A stretch of 64,000 nt of DNA, taken from NCBI RefSeq assembly GCF_964204865.1, contig NC_135256.1, forward strand, positions 14,694,001 through 14,758,000, given 5' to 3'. Shown in pieces: positions 13,101 through 25,100 of the stretch. The position numbers were made by a program, and so were the translations under genes. Numbering within the stretch: position 1 is the stretch's first letter; every line of letters starts with the position of its first letter. Source of the stretch: Styela clava (lineage: Eukaryota). The notes beneath the pieces are model-generated. The model was given only the letters and a program-made list of their open reading frames with translations. It made no database searches and was not told the origin of the DNA.

Positions 13101-16100
13101 AGAAATCCAGGTTCGCCTCGAGATGGAAGTATATTTCCAAGGAGACCAACTTATTCGGTTGAAGAAGATGTTGAATTTAGATGTGACGAAGGATACAAAT
13201 TATCTGGTTCTTCTATTTCTACATGCTTAGAAAATGGGGAATTTTCTCGCCCTGTTCCGTCATGTGAACGTAAGAAATTCTGTCGTTAAGTCACTTTTAT
13301 GAATACTGGTTTACGTTATACTTTGTAAGCAAACATGAAAATCCAACAGCGATAAAATTTATAATGAGGTAATGCTTGTTTCTGCACATTAATCCTATTG
13401 AATATACTGATTCTTAGACCTAGAAAACATTCTATTTGAATTTATCTATTTTTGAGCTTGTTGCCATAGCAATCGGATAAGGTCATGGCATAACCGTAAC
13501 CATTGCGACTCGTTTAAACACCTTATAACGCTATAATATGAATCAAGCACATACGCCAATTGCAAACTGCGAATTCCGCCAATTCGGTATGCTTTGATAA
13601 TTGTACAATAATATTCCAGGCATAAGCTGTGATTTTCCTGGCAACCCGGTAAACGGAGTGACGTCGCCTACTCAAGTTTCTTACGCAGTCGGAATACCGG
13701 TGACGTTCACATGTATCGAAGGATTTGAGTTAGATGGATCATCCGTATCAACGTGCGAAGAAAGCGGAAAGTTTTCCTCGGGTCTTCCGACTTGCAAGAG
13801 TACGAGTGAATATACTTTTATTTTAATTTTTTTTACAAAAAAATTGAAAGTATTATAATGTGGCTAACACAATGAACAATATATTTTAGGTGTGACGTGC
13901 TCAAATTTTGGTCTCTTCGTAAACGGAAAAGTCATTCCGGATTTAGCACAATATCCTGTTCGTCAGAAGGTTATTTTCTCTTGTGACGATGGCTACGAAC
14001 TGGTCGGTGAAACGTCCAGTGTCTGTGAAGCAGAAGGTTCATTTTCAAATGGCCTTCCTAGATGTGAACGTAAGTTAGGAATATTCACTTTAATCTTTAA
14101 GAATTCGGCTCAATTATAATCAGGCAAAGGTAGACTTTAAATATTTCTTGTAATCTAATATTATATTCGGTCGTTTTATTTGTGTTCACAAAATGAAAGT
14201 AATGTATAAATAATATTGTTCTGTTATAATGATCATGTTTTCTCAAATATATCATATAAGATTTCAAAAATTTGTTATGATTGTGACAGAAATATTCGAT
14301 TCGTTAAAATGTTTAAATTTTGTCAATCTCGAACTAGATTTTAAGTGTAAGGTGTTACTTTTATCCTTTTTTTTATTTTGTTTTTGTTTGTATTATACAT
14401 AAATCTTTTCTCATAGGCAAAGTTTGTCAAAATCCTGGATCCCCAAAATACGGTTCAATGTCACCTGACCTTCCAACATATTCGATCGGACAGAAGATTA
14501 TATTTTCATGCAACACTGGATATAGAATTGAGGGAAATTTTGTCATAACATGTGATGAAGACGGGAGTTTTCTTTACAGAGTTCCAGTTTGTGAACGTAA
14601 ATAAGCATTTTGTCATATTTTGGTTCTCTTGGTTTCTCTTGTATTTAAGACTATCCAACATACCTCAAAGCGAATGGTGGTAAAAGGTTTGAATGCTCAC
14701 ACATATACATCGTTATATTCTCACTTCTATAACTGAAGTAATGAATATTTTGTCGTATTTTGTAAATTAATATTTTTAGACGTTGATAATGGTAATATAT
14801 AAAAACTGATCATCACGTTTTATCAATAATATTTTGTTGCAAATCAACCTATTAAATTTTTATGCAAAACAGCAATTACTTGCAAATTTCCTGGCAATCC
14901 ACTGGGAGGTTCCACATCCCCAAATAAGTTCAGCTACTCCTATAAAGAACAAGTAACGTACAGTTGCAACCCCGGATATTTGTTGGTTGGCAATTCTGAA
15001 GCAACGTGTGGAGCAAGAGGATTGTTTTCCGAAAATCTTCCTACTTGTGAAAGTAAGTTGCCACCGCGTTTATTTGTGTATTTGCGTGTATGAAGTTATA
15101 TATAAAGCAGCTTTTTGTAATGCTGTTGCATCATTTAGCATAGAAGTGGTCTTTTTCCATACTTATTCAAGGGAGATAGAAGCCGACAAGTCGTTGTTAA
15201 CAATCAATATATTATACTTCAGGAAATACATGCGATAATCCAGGTCGCCCTAAATATGGAAAAATGTCACCTGATCTATCCAAGTATGCAGTCGGACAAA
15301 AAATACAATTCTCTTGTAATGATGGTTACGAAATAGACGGAGTATCAACACTGACATGTCAACAAAGTGGTTCATTTTCACCATCCGCACCAACTTGCAA
15401 AGGTATTTTTTGAAAAGTTATATATATTTAGAGCACTTCGGAAGATCATAAAACGTAACAACAATGTAATTAGTCGGTCAAATTTTAATATTTTAAGATA
15501 CCATCACTGAAATAGAAAAGGTTACATGATTAAATATTCGTGAATACTGATTAGGTTTCTATCTTGTGTATACGACGCACCTTTCGCTCTGAATAAGGCT
15601 CTACAGAAGCGTCGATTGCTAGTAAGGAGCCACTATACTAGGAATGAGCGGTTACTATAGTTTTGGAATGATCGAAATCTTTCTGGTCCGACTTTGCCCA
15701 CACAGATATCACACCTTGGGTAAGATGGTGTGCACAGGGAATGCACCCGAGATATTAACCGACGATGCCATTACAGTTAAGTCTAATCAATGGCCATCGC
15801 GCCCATGCCGTTAATAGAAACGTGCTCGAATTACAAAAAGAAATTATTGAAACTTGTAATGCTACCAATTCAGAATTTTCAACCTATTTTTATCAGTTAT
15901 TTTTCAATTTGGGATACTGAAATTTATAACTCGTATCACACCATTCTGTTTAGCTATCAGATGCAAGTATCCAGGGCAACCTAAGAATGGAGCGACTTTT
16001 CCTGTCTCTGAAACATATTCTTTTGATGAGTTGATCCGATTCAGATGTGATAATGGTTACACTTTACATGGATTCATGTCGGCAAAATGTGAACGTTCGG

Positions 16101-19100
16101 GAAGTTTTTCAGCTTCTGTACCAGAATGCAAAGGTAAGTTTTCACACTACAAAAATAGCAAAGATCAATTTGACAAAATGGACGAACTTTCAAATCGCTT
16201 TAATAGTGATTTCAAGCTTCTCCAAATTCCTATTTCTCCAGCTACCACCTGCAAATTTCCCGGCAGTCTAACTAACGGTGATACAACACCAACGAAAACA
16301 AGTTACGATATTGGAGAAGATGTGACGTACAGTTGTAGATCAGGATATATGTTGATGGGAGCCGTAACGAGGACATGTGAATTGAACGGCAGGTTTACTG
16401 GAAAAATGCCTTCATGTGAAAGTAAGCTTTTTGAATGTTTTCATGATAAATTTACGTCATCGCTTAACTTGGGAGCGTTAACAAAGTTGTAATCGATGCA
16501 ATTCAAGCAGCTTATTATACTCGGCTTCTAATTACTTATTACTTATCGATCTTGATCGGTAAGTATGTTGATAGGTATTTGTTTGTCTGGTTTGTCTGTC
16601 TGTTAGACACCTTCGTATGTTACGCTATATGTCACGAAAGCGAGATTGAAATTGAATCTGCTCCAAATTTTGCATGTGCATTCATCATATCTCGGAACAG
16701 TGCCTATTGATTTTGGATGATGTCGTATGATTAGCGAGTTAAGAATTATTTAATTAATTTATTTTTTATTTTTTTATAATTAGCGAGTTATTAAAAATTC
16801 TATTCCAGGAAAGACATGCAAGACGGTGGGTAAACTCCGCAATGGATTTGTTTCACCTAACTTACCAGAATATACTGTGAATCAAGTCATTACATTCACC
16901 TGTGATACTGGATACAAATTAGAAGGAGCAACGTCGTCTACTTGCATGGACGATGGAAAGTTTTTGGAAGCAAAACCGACGTGTAAAAGTATGTCAATTG
17001 ATCAATATGTTACCAGACATATACATCTTAGAGAGATTTCCCTTAAACTTACTCATTTGCGTTAATAGTGCCTCTCATATTGAAATAAATTGTTTTTACA
17101 GTTGTGCCTTCGTGTAAAAATCCTGGCGCTCCCGATTTTGGTACGATATCATCAACCAGGCCGATTTTCAATGTCAAGGATTCTATTTCCTACGTCTGTA
17201 ACTTTGGCTATCGATTGGATGGTACACCAGAAGCTGAGTGTCTTCCTTCGGGATTGTTTAGCGCTCCAAAACCAACTTGTGAACGTGAGTATTTGGAATT
17301 TTATTATTTTTGTCTGATCGGAGCGAATCCAGGAGAAGTTGATTGAATGGCAGTTGTAAAATAAATTATATCGCGTATCACAGTGTTGTCTCAATTTTCA
17401 CATCTTGTTTAGAAATCAATTGTGGCTTTCCGGGTTCACCAATCAATGGATTCACATCGCCCAAAAAAGCTAGATATCTCTTGGGCGATACGGTCAATTT
17501 CAGATGCGATTCTGGATATGTCAGAATCGGAATTGCTTCATCAAAATGCACGGGATCAGGAGATTTTGTAGGAAAAATTCCTACATGCAATCGTAAGTTC
17601 CTACTGCAATTCTAAGTGTTTTTAATCTCATTTTATCACCAGCTTGGAATAAAATCTTTTTTTTCTTCAAATATTACGCGTTTATCAGTGCAATTTTTGT
17701 GTGTTGTGCAATTTAGGCGTGGTTTGCAACAATCCTGGAGCACCCGAGTTTGGTAAAATGCTACCTGATGAAATTAACTATGTAGCTGGACAATCAGTCA
17801 GATTTTCATGTTTAAGTGGGTACCGAATGAACGGTCGTGACGAAAGCGAGTGTGGGAAAAATGGAGATTTTCTTAGCTCGTTCCCGACGTGCGAACGTGA
17901 GTTACCTAAAATAATGTTACATAAAGTGGAAATATTTAGTTTCGAACAGGACATGCTGAGATTCATTTTTAAATTTCACCCAATATCATGAATGATTTCT
18001 TAGTCTGATCTTGGAAATCTATTCGCAGAATTTGATCACATTACCTACGTTTATGATAAAAGTGTTTCATAACAATGGACTCGCTGCTTGAATATGCATC
18101 CAAAATTTTAAAGAATGCCTAAATAGCTTTAGATATATTAATAACATAGACGTACTTCAATGTGTTCAGCATAGTTATTGTAATAACCTTGGTAGGTAAA
18201 CACTATCCTTTGTTAATGAATTATTTTAACAGGAATCGTTTGCGCAAATCCTGGGGCTCCTTCGTTTGGTTCACTTGAGCCAGATTTATCAAGATATCTT
18301 GCTGGTACTACCGTCACATTTTCCTGCAACGCCGGTTTTGATTTAGACGGACAAACAAAGTCAAAATGTGACAACAGCGGTAGATTTACAAACCCACCTC
18401 CATTGTGCAGAAGTAAGTTGAATTGTATAAAATGAATCAGGGGCTCCATGACAATATGCAATACACGGGAAACCCTCTCATTTGCCGAGTTGTTTAAAAT
18501 CTTTCTCATGTCAAAATCTCAAGTTGAGTCAAATTGACTCAAGTTGAGTCAAATTTATATTATCTGTATAAATTTCAATGTGGAATGTGTAACTATGAAC
18601 TCAACACACCCGAATTTTTCTTTATTCAAAGGAAAGACCTGTCGACATCCAAAGCCACTAGAATACGGTTTTGTGTCTCCCGTTCTTCCAATATATACTG
18701 TCGGACAGAAAGTAAGATACGCTTGTTTGATTGGTTACGAATTGATTGGTGAAGACACGGATGAATGCGGAGAAAATGGTCAATTTAGTGGGATTGTACC
18801 TACTTGCGAATGTGAGTATTAGGCCTTGCAAATGTCCGATATTTCTACTTATTACATACTTTTTAAACATGTCTTGGTAATTTTTGTTTGCTGAACTGTA
18901 GCATTTCCCATCGGAGTTAGCATTTACGAATGGAAAGCAATCCTTATAAAAATCTCTGAATACTGGTTTGCGTTCCGAGTAATTTATTTCAAGAAGATAA
19001 AGCGAACTACGATTAAGTAAAAAAGAATTTAACAATTTTTCTAAACCCCGTCAGCATACGATCGATTGTCTGAAGCTTTATTTGGAATGAATGAGTGAAA

Positions 19101-22100
19101 ATAAAGATTGAAAGTAGCAAAATATTGACAATGAAGTCCATTAGTTCCTTTAATAGCCTTCTAAACACAATTTTTCTGAATTTTCAGTGAAGGTCGTCGC
19201 GTGCAATTATCCAGGAAATCCAACTAATGGAGCAACATTGCCTAAGAAAGATTCTTATTCGACGGGAGAACAAGTTACTTTCCAGTGTGACAAAGGATAT
19301 GTTATATTTGGCGCCGTGATGGCGAGATGTTCCACGGCGGGAAGATTTTCTGAAATACTACCGACATGCAGAAGTATTACTTCATAATATTATTATTATT
19401 ATAATTTTACTTTTAATTTTATCTGCGAGGAACATTAGAAAAGTCTATTTAAATGCAAGATTTTATACTCCTTGTTAACCACCATCTAAATTTGTAAAAT
19501 ATAGTCAAAATTATTGACTTTACAAAATTTAAAATAATTGGCTCATTTATGTATTTAATAACAGATTATGAATCTTTCCATAATAGTTTTTGATTTTGCG
19601 TTGAAGGTGTTACTTGTAACCACCCCGGTACACCAATCTTTGGTTCAATAAGTCCAGATATTCCAAGATACACGGTGAGTCAAAATGTGGTGTTCTCTTG
19701 CAATGATGGTTATAAAATCAAAGGAGTCGAGACTACGATGTGTGATTATAACGGACAATTCGAAGATCCAGTGCCGAAATGTGAAAGTATGTATTTTTAG
19801 AAATTTCTTTTAATTTTATTTTGATTCTGAAACATCTTGATAGTTCTGTCTTTCTTGAAGATAATCACCAAGTTCAATTTTATAAAATTCTGCAAAGGTC
19901 GATGAATGTAAAATTTAAATCGGGATCTAGGACGCATCTCGTTTAGTGAACATTGTGATTTTTCTTGACGCATTTTATTTAGTAAACAGTGTAATTTTTC
20001 TTGTGGTATTTCCTGAACGCATTTAGCCTACTGTCAAATTGTCTTAAAAAATGTATTTATATACACCTTCTCCAGGAACGATGTGCAGAAATCCAGGAAA
20101 ACCAGATTTCGGAACCATGACGCCGGATTACGTCACTTATTCTATTGGGCAAACAATAACTTTCAGTTGTTCCAGAGAATATAATCTAGATGGATTTGAA
20201 ACAACAAAGTGCAATAATGACGGAAGCTTTACAAATCCCGTACCTACATGTGAACGACGTATGACGACTATTTTAATATTCTATAACTTAACCAAGTGTC
20301 TTTGTTTACAAATATTTATATCATATATGTTTTGGGAGAAAAATTCTCCTATGCCACAACATATCAAATACAGTCCTATAATATGTTTGTTTTATGAATA
20401 ATTCTATGTGGTGTTTTACATACATTACATCAACATCTCTTCCGAAAAGACTATCCTATATGTAAGCATGAAATATTTTAGGCAACCGGGCGGAGTTTTC
20501 TCAATTTTAAGGCAAAATAAATATCGTGGATTTTACTTCACCATTCACCGTTAATATAATAGTAAAATGTAATATAAAATCATATCGCTATAATTTCTTT
20601 TATCATTATTTCAGGATCCACTTGCCGTAATCCTGGGTTATTTGACGGAGGAAGCATTGAACCAAACTATCCAATATATTCGGTCGGTCAAGAGATTACA
20701 TTTTCCTGCATGTCAGGTTATAGATTAGAAGGAGCTAAGTCAGCAATTTGTGAAGAAAATGGACGATTTTCAGATCCAAGACCTGTTTGCCGAAGTGAGT
20801 CTAATTTACATAAATTTAATAAATATCTTTGTTGTCCATAAAATAAAAGATACACAGGCAATCAGCGAAGTTACTTTATTGAATTTAGTTTTTTGTTAGA
20901 ATCAATTTTATCGATTGGTATCGAGTTTTCCCTATCAGGGTAACTAGGAAGAAGCCGTTGTACACGGAGACCATTCAAACGCATGACCTCTTATGTTTTG
21001 AACTTGGGTATATGCGACTTTTAATTGCACGCGTTACCAAACGTGGGGTATGTTAATTAATCTTCGAAGTACACATCTTTTTGAGCAAATTATAAAAAAA
21101 AAGTTCATAGGCAATATGCCCCAAAGGCGGAAGGTTTTTGATTTCAGTTATTTGGCCAGGCAACTATTTGTCTATTTATGTAAATTTATTTGCTGAAACT
21201 TTGAGCTGAAAACGACAGAACTTTATTTTCAGTGGAAACATGTAAAAATCCTGGACGTTTATCGAATGGAGATATGTTTCCTGATCTGCCAACTTACTCT
21301 GCTGGACAATCGATCAAATATTTTTGTAATGATGGATTCATCATACAAGGGTCTCAAACAACAACGTGTGAGAAAGGAATATTCACAAATCCTGTTCCAG
21401 TCTGTGAAAGTAAGTTTGATAAAGTAATACTTTTACAAAAATTTACCGTGCTTGCTATTTGTGTGATTTTACATAAAAATTTCGGAGTAATCGTATTGTA
21501 TCGACACACTTAAGCTTGTATTTGGATTGAGCTAACACGATGTTTTCTCAAACCATTCCGTGCCATCTTCCTTGAATACCAGATAAGTTGTATAAAATGC
21601 GTTTTAGGAAACCGAACGTTATTAAATTATTTGGATATTTTAATAAACTATGTTTAGAATTTGATATGAAAAATTTGTCTTCAAGATGAGTTTACATATA
21701 ATTTTCATCACCAGTTTTCTTTTCCGCTACTACACATTAATAAGATATATATAACGAAATTGTCCAGAATGGTATTCTCATAGCTTTGATAATAAATGTG
21801 TGCAAAAAAACTTTCTCATTTTCTAGTAAACCACTCACTTTATTATAGGAATTTTAATGCCTCATTTTTCTGTATAATTCCAGCAATACTTCTCGTTACA
21901 CATTTTTAAGAAATCGTATCATGTTTTTAATCCTGACAAAATAGTTCCAAAATCAAATTAAATTTTTGTCACTATTCAAATGATATGTTTAACTGTAATA
22001 TAATAATTTTAAAATTTACTATATTTTATGGAAGATTTAAAAAAACGTGCACGCTTTTTATGTCACGAAAAATAGCTTTGCTGAAATGTAATATGATGGA

Positions 22101-25100
22101 ATAAGATTATCTGAAATAATCGTTGTTTTATCTTAGGAATTACATGTCGATTTCCGGGCACGCCTGTCAATGGAAAGACAGTACCCAGAAAACCGTCTTA
22201 TAAACTAAATGAAAGAGTTGAATATGAATGTGACAAAGGTTACATCATGGTTGGAGATGATACATCAGTTTGTACCAGAAGTGGAGACTTCTCGGAATCT
22301 CTACCTCTATGCAAACGTAAGTCGTAAAAAAGAAAAAAAAGTGTTCTAAATGAACTCAAACTATTAGCAATTTTTGATATTATGTTTATATTTATATGAA
22401 CAAAAATAAATGCCGCATTGTAAATTTTATACACGTGATACAATACATAAAATCATTATCTCATAGATAGAGTAACTGGAATGCCTCATCTGTTTTAGTA
22501 AGAACTATACAGCTTTTTGCGTCTGCCCGATCACTTCCGTAGACTTTTCATGACAACTATATAAATTGCACTATAAATAGTTATTTGTCAGGCTCAACGA
22601 ATCTCAGTTTACCGTCTATGTAATCGACATCTTTCTACCATGAGGAACAAAATAAGATTTCTGTCAAAGTCTAAATCTTCAATTTCTAAGCGTTCTTGCA
22701 TCTTTATTATATTAAATAAACTTTTTCCGTGTTACAAAACCAATTGTCACATTGCAAATTGTTTTATTCAGAAGCCAGTTGCGATCCCCTAAAAGAACCA
22801 ATCAATGGCCGCATAACACCTCTAAAGTCGTCTTATGACTTGAACGACATAATAAATTTTGAGTGTGATGAAGGATATCAAATAATTGGGGAACCAAATT
22901 CAAGATGCTCACCGAACGGTGAATTCTCATCGCCCGCACCCATGTGTAGAAGTGAGAAAAAATTAAATATGTCATTTTATATCGTATCTGTTTAGGCATG
23001 ATGTCGACTCAATATATTTAGCTATTTATGCAATATATCATTGGTATAAATTCGCTGATGCTCATTTCATGTTCGCATTTGAAAATCAAGACCGATTCTC
23101 AAACTAAATGAACATTAGTCATGCTAAGACAATATTATCAACCTTCAACCAATGTTGCCATTCTTAATGAAATTGATTACAAATCTCGAATAAAGTTTCA
23201 AACTTAATTTACATTACATTTATATTTTGATGACGTGGCTTGTAAACCACACAAGTCAATTCATATCACAGCAGTTGGAGTTAAAAAGGAAACTGTAACT
23301 TTTTGAAAGTCATAACATAAAACCTGCTTAATCATTAGCATTTGTATAATAAAACATAAACTACTCATTAGCGTTTTTTCTTGTCATATTCAAATATTCT
23401 TAAGCTAATTACAAAATAAAGCAAACTTGATATTTCATTGAACAAACGTTAGTTTTGTTTTACTATCTTTGATTTTCTTTTATTCACAGGAGTGAAATCA
23501 TGCGGGTTCCTCGGTAACCCCATCAATGGAAAAACTCTACCTCGTAAAGCTACTTATCTTATCAATGAAAGTGTTCGATTTGAATGCGAAGATGGTTATA
23601 GAATAATAGGACCAAATTCTGCATTCTGTTTGGAGTCGGAGGAATTTTCTGAGACTTTACCTACGTGTGAACGTAAGACGTTTCATTTGATTATTCTAAA
23701 AACGTAGAATTTACAGCTTATTGTGTAATGCGAAAAAAATGATGATAAATTTGAAAAACAACCGACAGATGGAATACTGATATAAACTACAAATATGATA
23801 GGGCGCATTGATCTGCCTTGCTGCAGTCACTTGCTTATCCACTGTGCAACGGCAATATTAAATTTGTAGATCGATTTTAATTATAAATAGGTATAAAATT
23901 GTGTCAATTAGTAAAAAAATTAGTCTTGTATAACATACGCAATGTTTTTTTTTATAAATATAATTATATGAATATCGTAACATTACCATTATAGCTTACT
24001 ATTCCATTTAACAGCGTCGAGATGTCTCAATCCCGGTCAAGCTATTAATGGTAAGACAATTCCTTCTAAGCAATTTTATGACACTGACGAAGTAGTGGAA
24101 TACAGGTGTGATGAAGGTTATCAACTTATTGGCGAGAAAACGGCAAGATGTCGTAACAATGGACAATTTTCAGCTCAGCCACCTTCATGTACTAGTAAGT
24201 AATAAGAAGTACACAAAGGACAATGACAGTATCGCGTTATTATTAAAATTGAAATATTGTATTTGAAAACAAGTATTACATGTAATTTCTCCTGTTTTAC
24301 TACTTTTGCTTTGGTAAAATGTAATTGATTCCATCAAGTGCGCTCTGTCCAAGTTTCCAACAAATAATATTTACGATCGTTGCATTACAAAAATTTGTAT
24401 ATACTCCACCATAACTTTTAGCTCAACTCGAGTTATAGTCATAGTCAAGTTTATTTTTTCTGAGTAGTGTTTGTAATTTGTGTGTAGCCTGGAAAATAAT
24501 GTAGATATGAGGGCCTTGCTTGTTGTTGGGCTTGTGTGGAACTCTGGAATTGGAGATTGGCAATTTTGCTGGCATCAAATTTAGAGTGTAGTTATGTTGA
24601 TACATTCCTGTGCATCGTATTAAAATTTTGAATTTCGTGAATCGGTAACAAGAATTTAAAGAACGATAGAGTGCAAAGTTCAAGACTTTATTTTACCTGG
24701 AGTTGAGATTCGTTTGTTGACTCGCGGTCGAATGGAAATTCTTCAACTCCGCATCTATTTGTTCACTAATAGGCCCGCGGTTCTCTGTTTTCAATATCGT
24801 AGCCAGAGATCAAAAGATATGTAGCCAGATATGTTCATCGCAATAGCTAACGGGTATTTTGAAATCCAACAGATACGGTTTATGTGCTGTGGCTTTTATC
24901 GAGTCTTGTATGCTGTAAAATTGCCGAAAACCCCGTAATAAATTACATACTATATTATATTATAACGACCTTAATTTCTGAGAAAGTGGTGAAATCAAAG
25001 AAGTGTCACTCGCTTATTTTGTTTATACGTCTTTAAACTTATTGCTTCAAATTGATTGTGCTTCAAATTATATCGTGAATTTGAAAAAAAAACATTTTTC

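Noticed and set aside
18518-18555. 20-bp tandem/palindromic duplication ctcaagttgagtcaaattga (also a 26-bp duplication near 26723-26766)
   Set aside because: Isolated intronic micro-duplications with no evidence of function.
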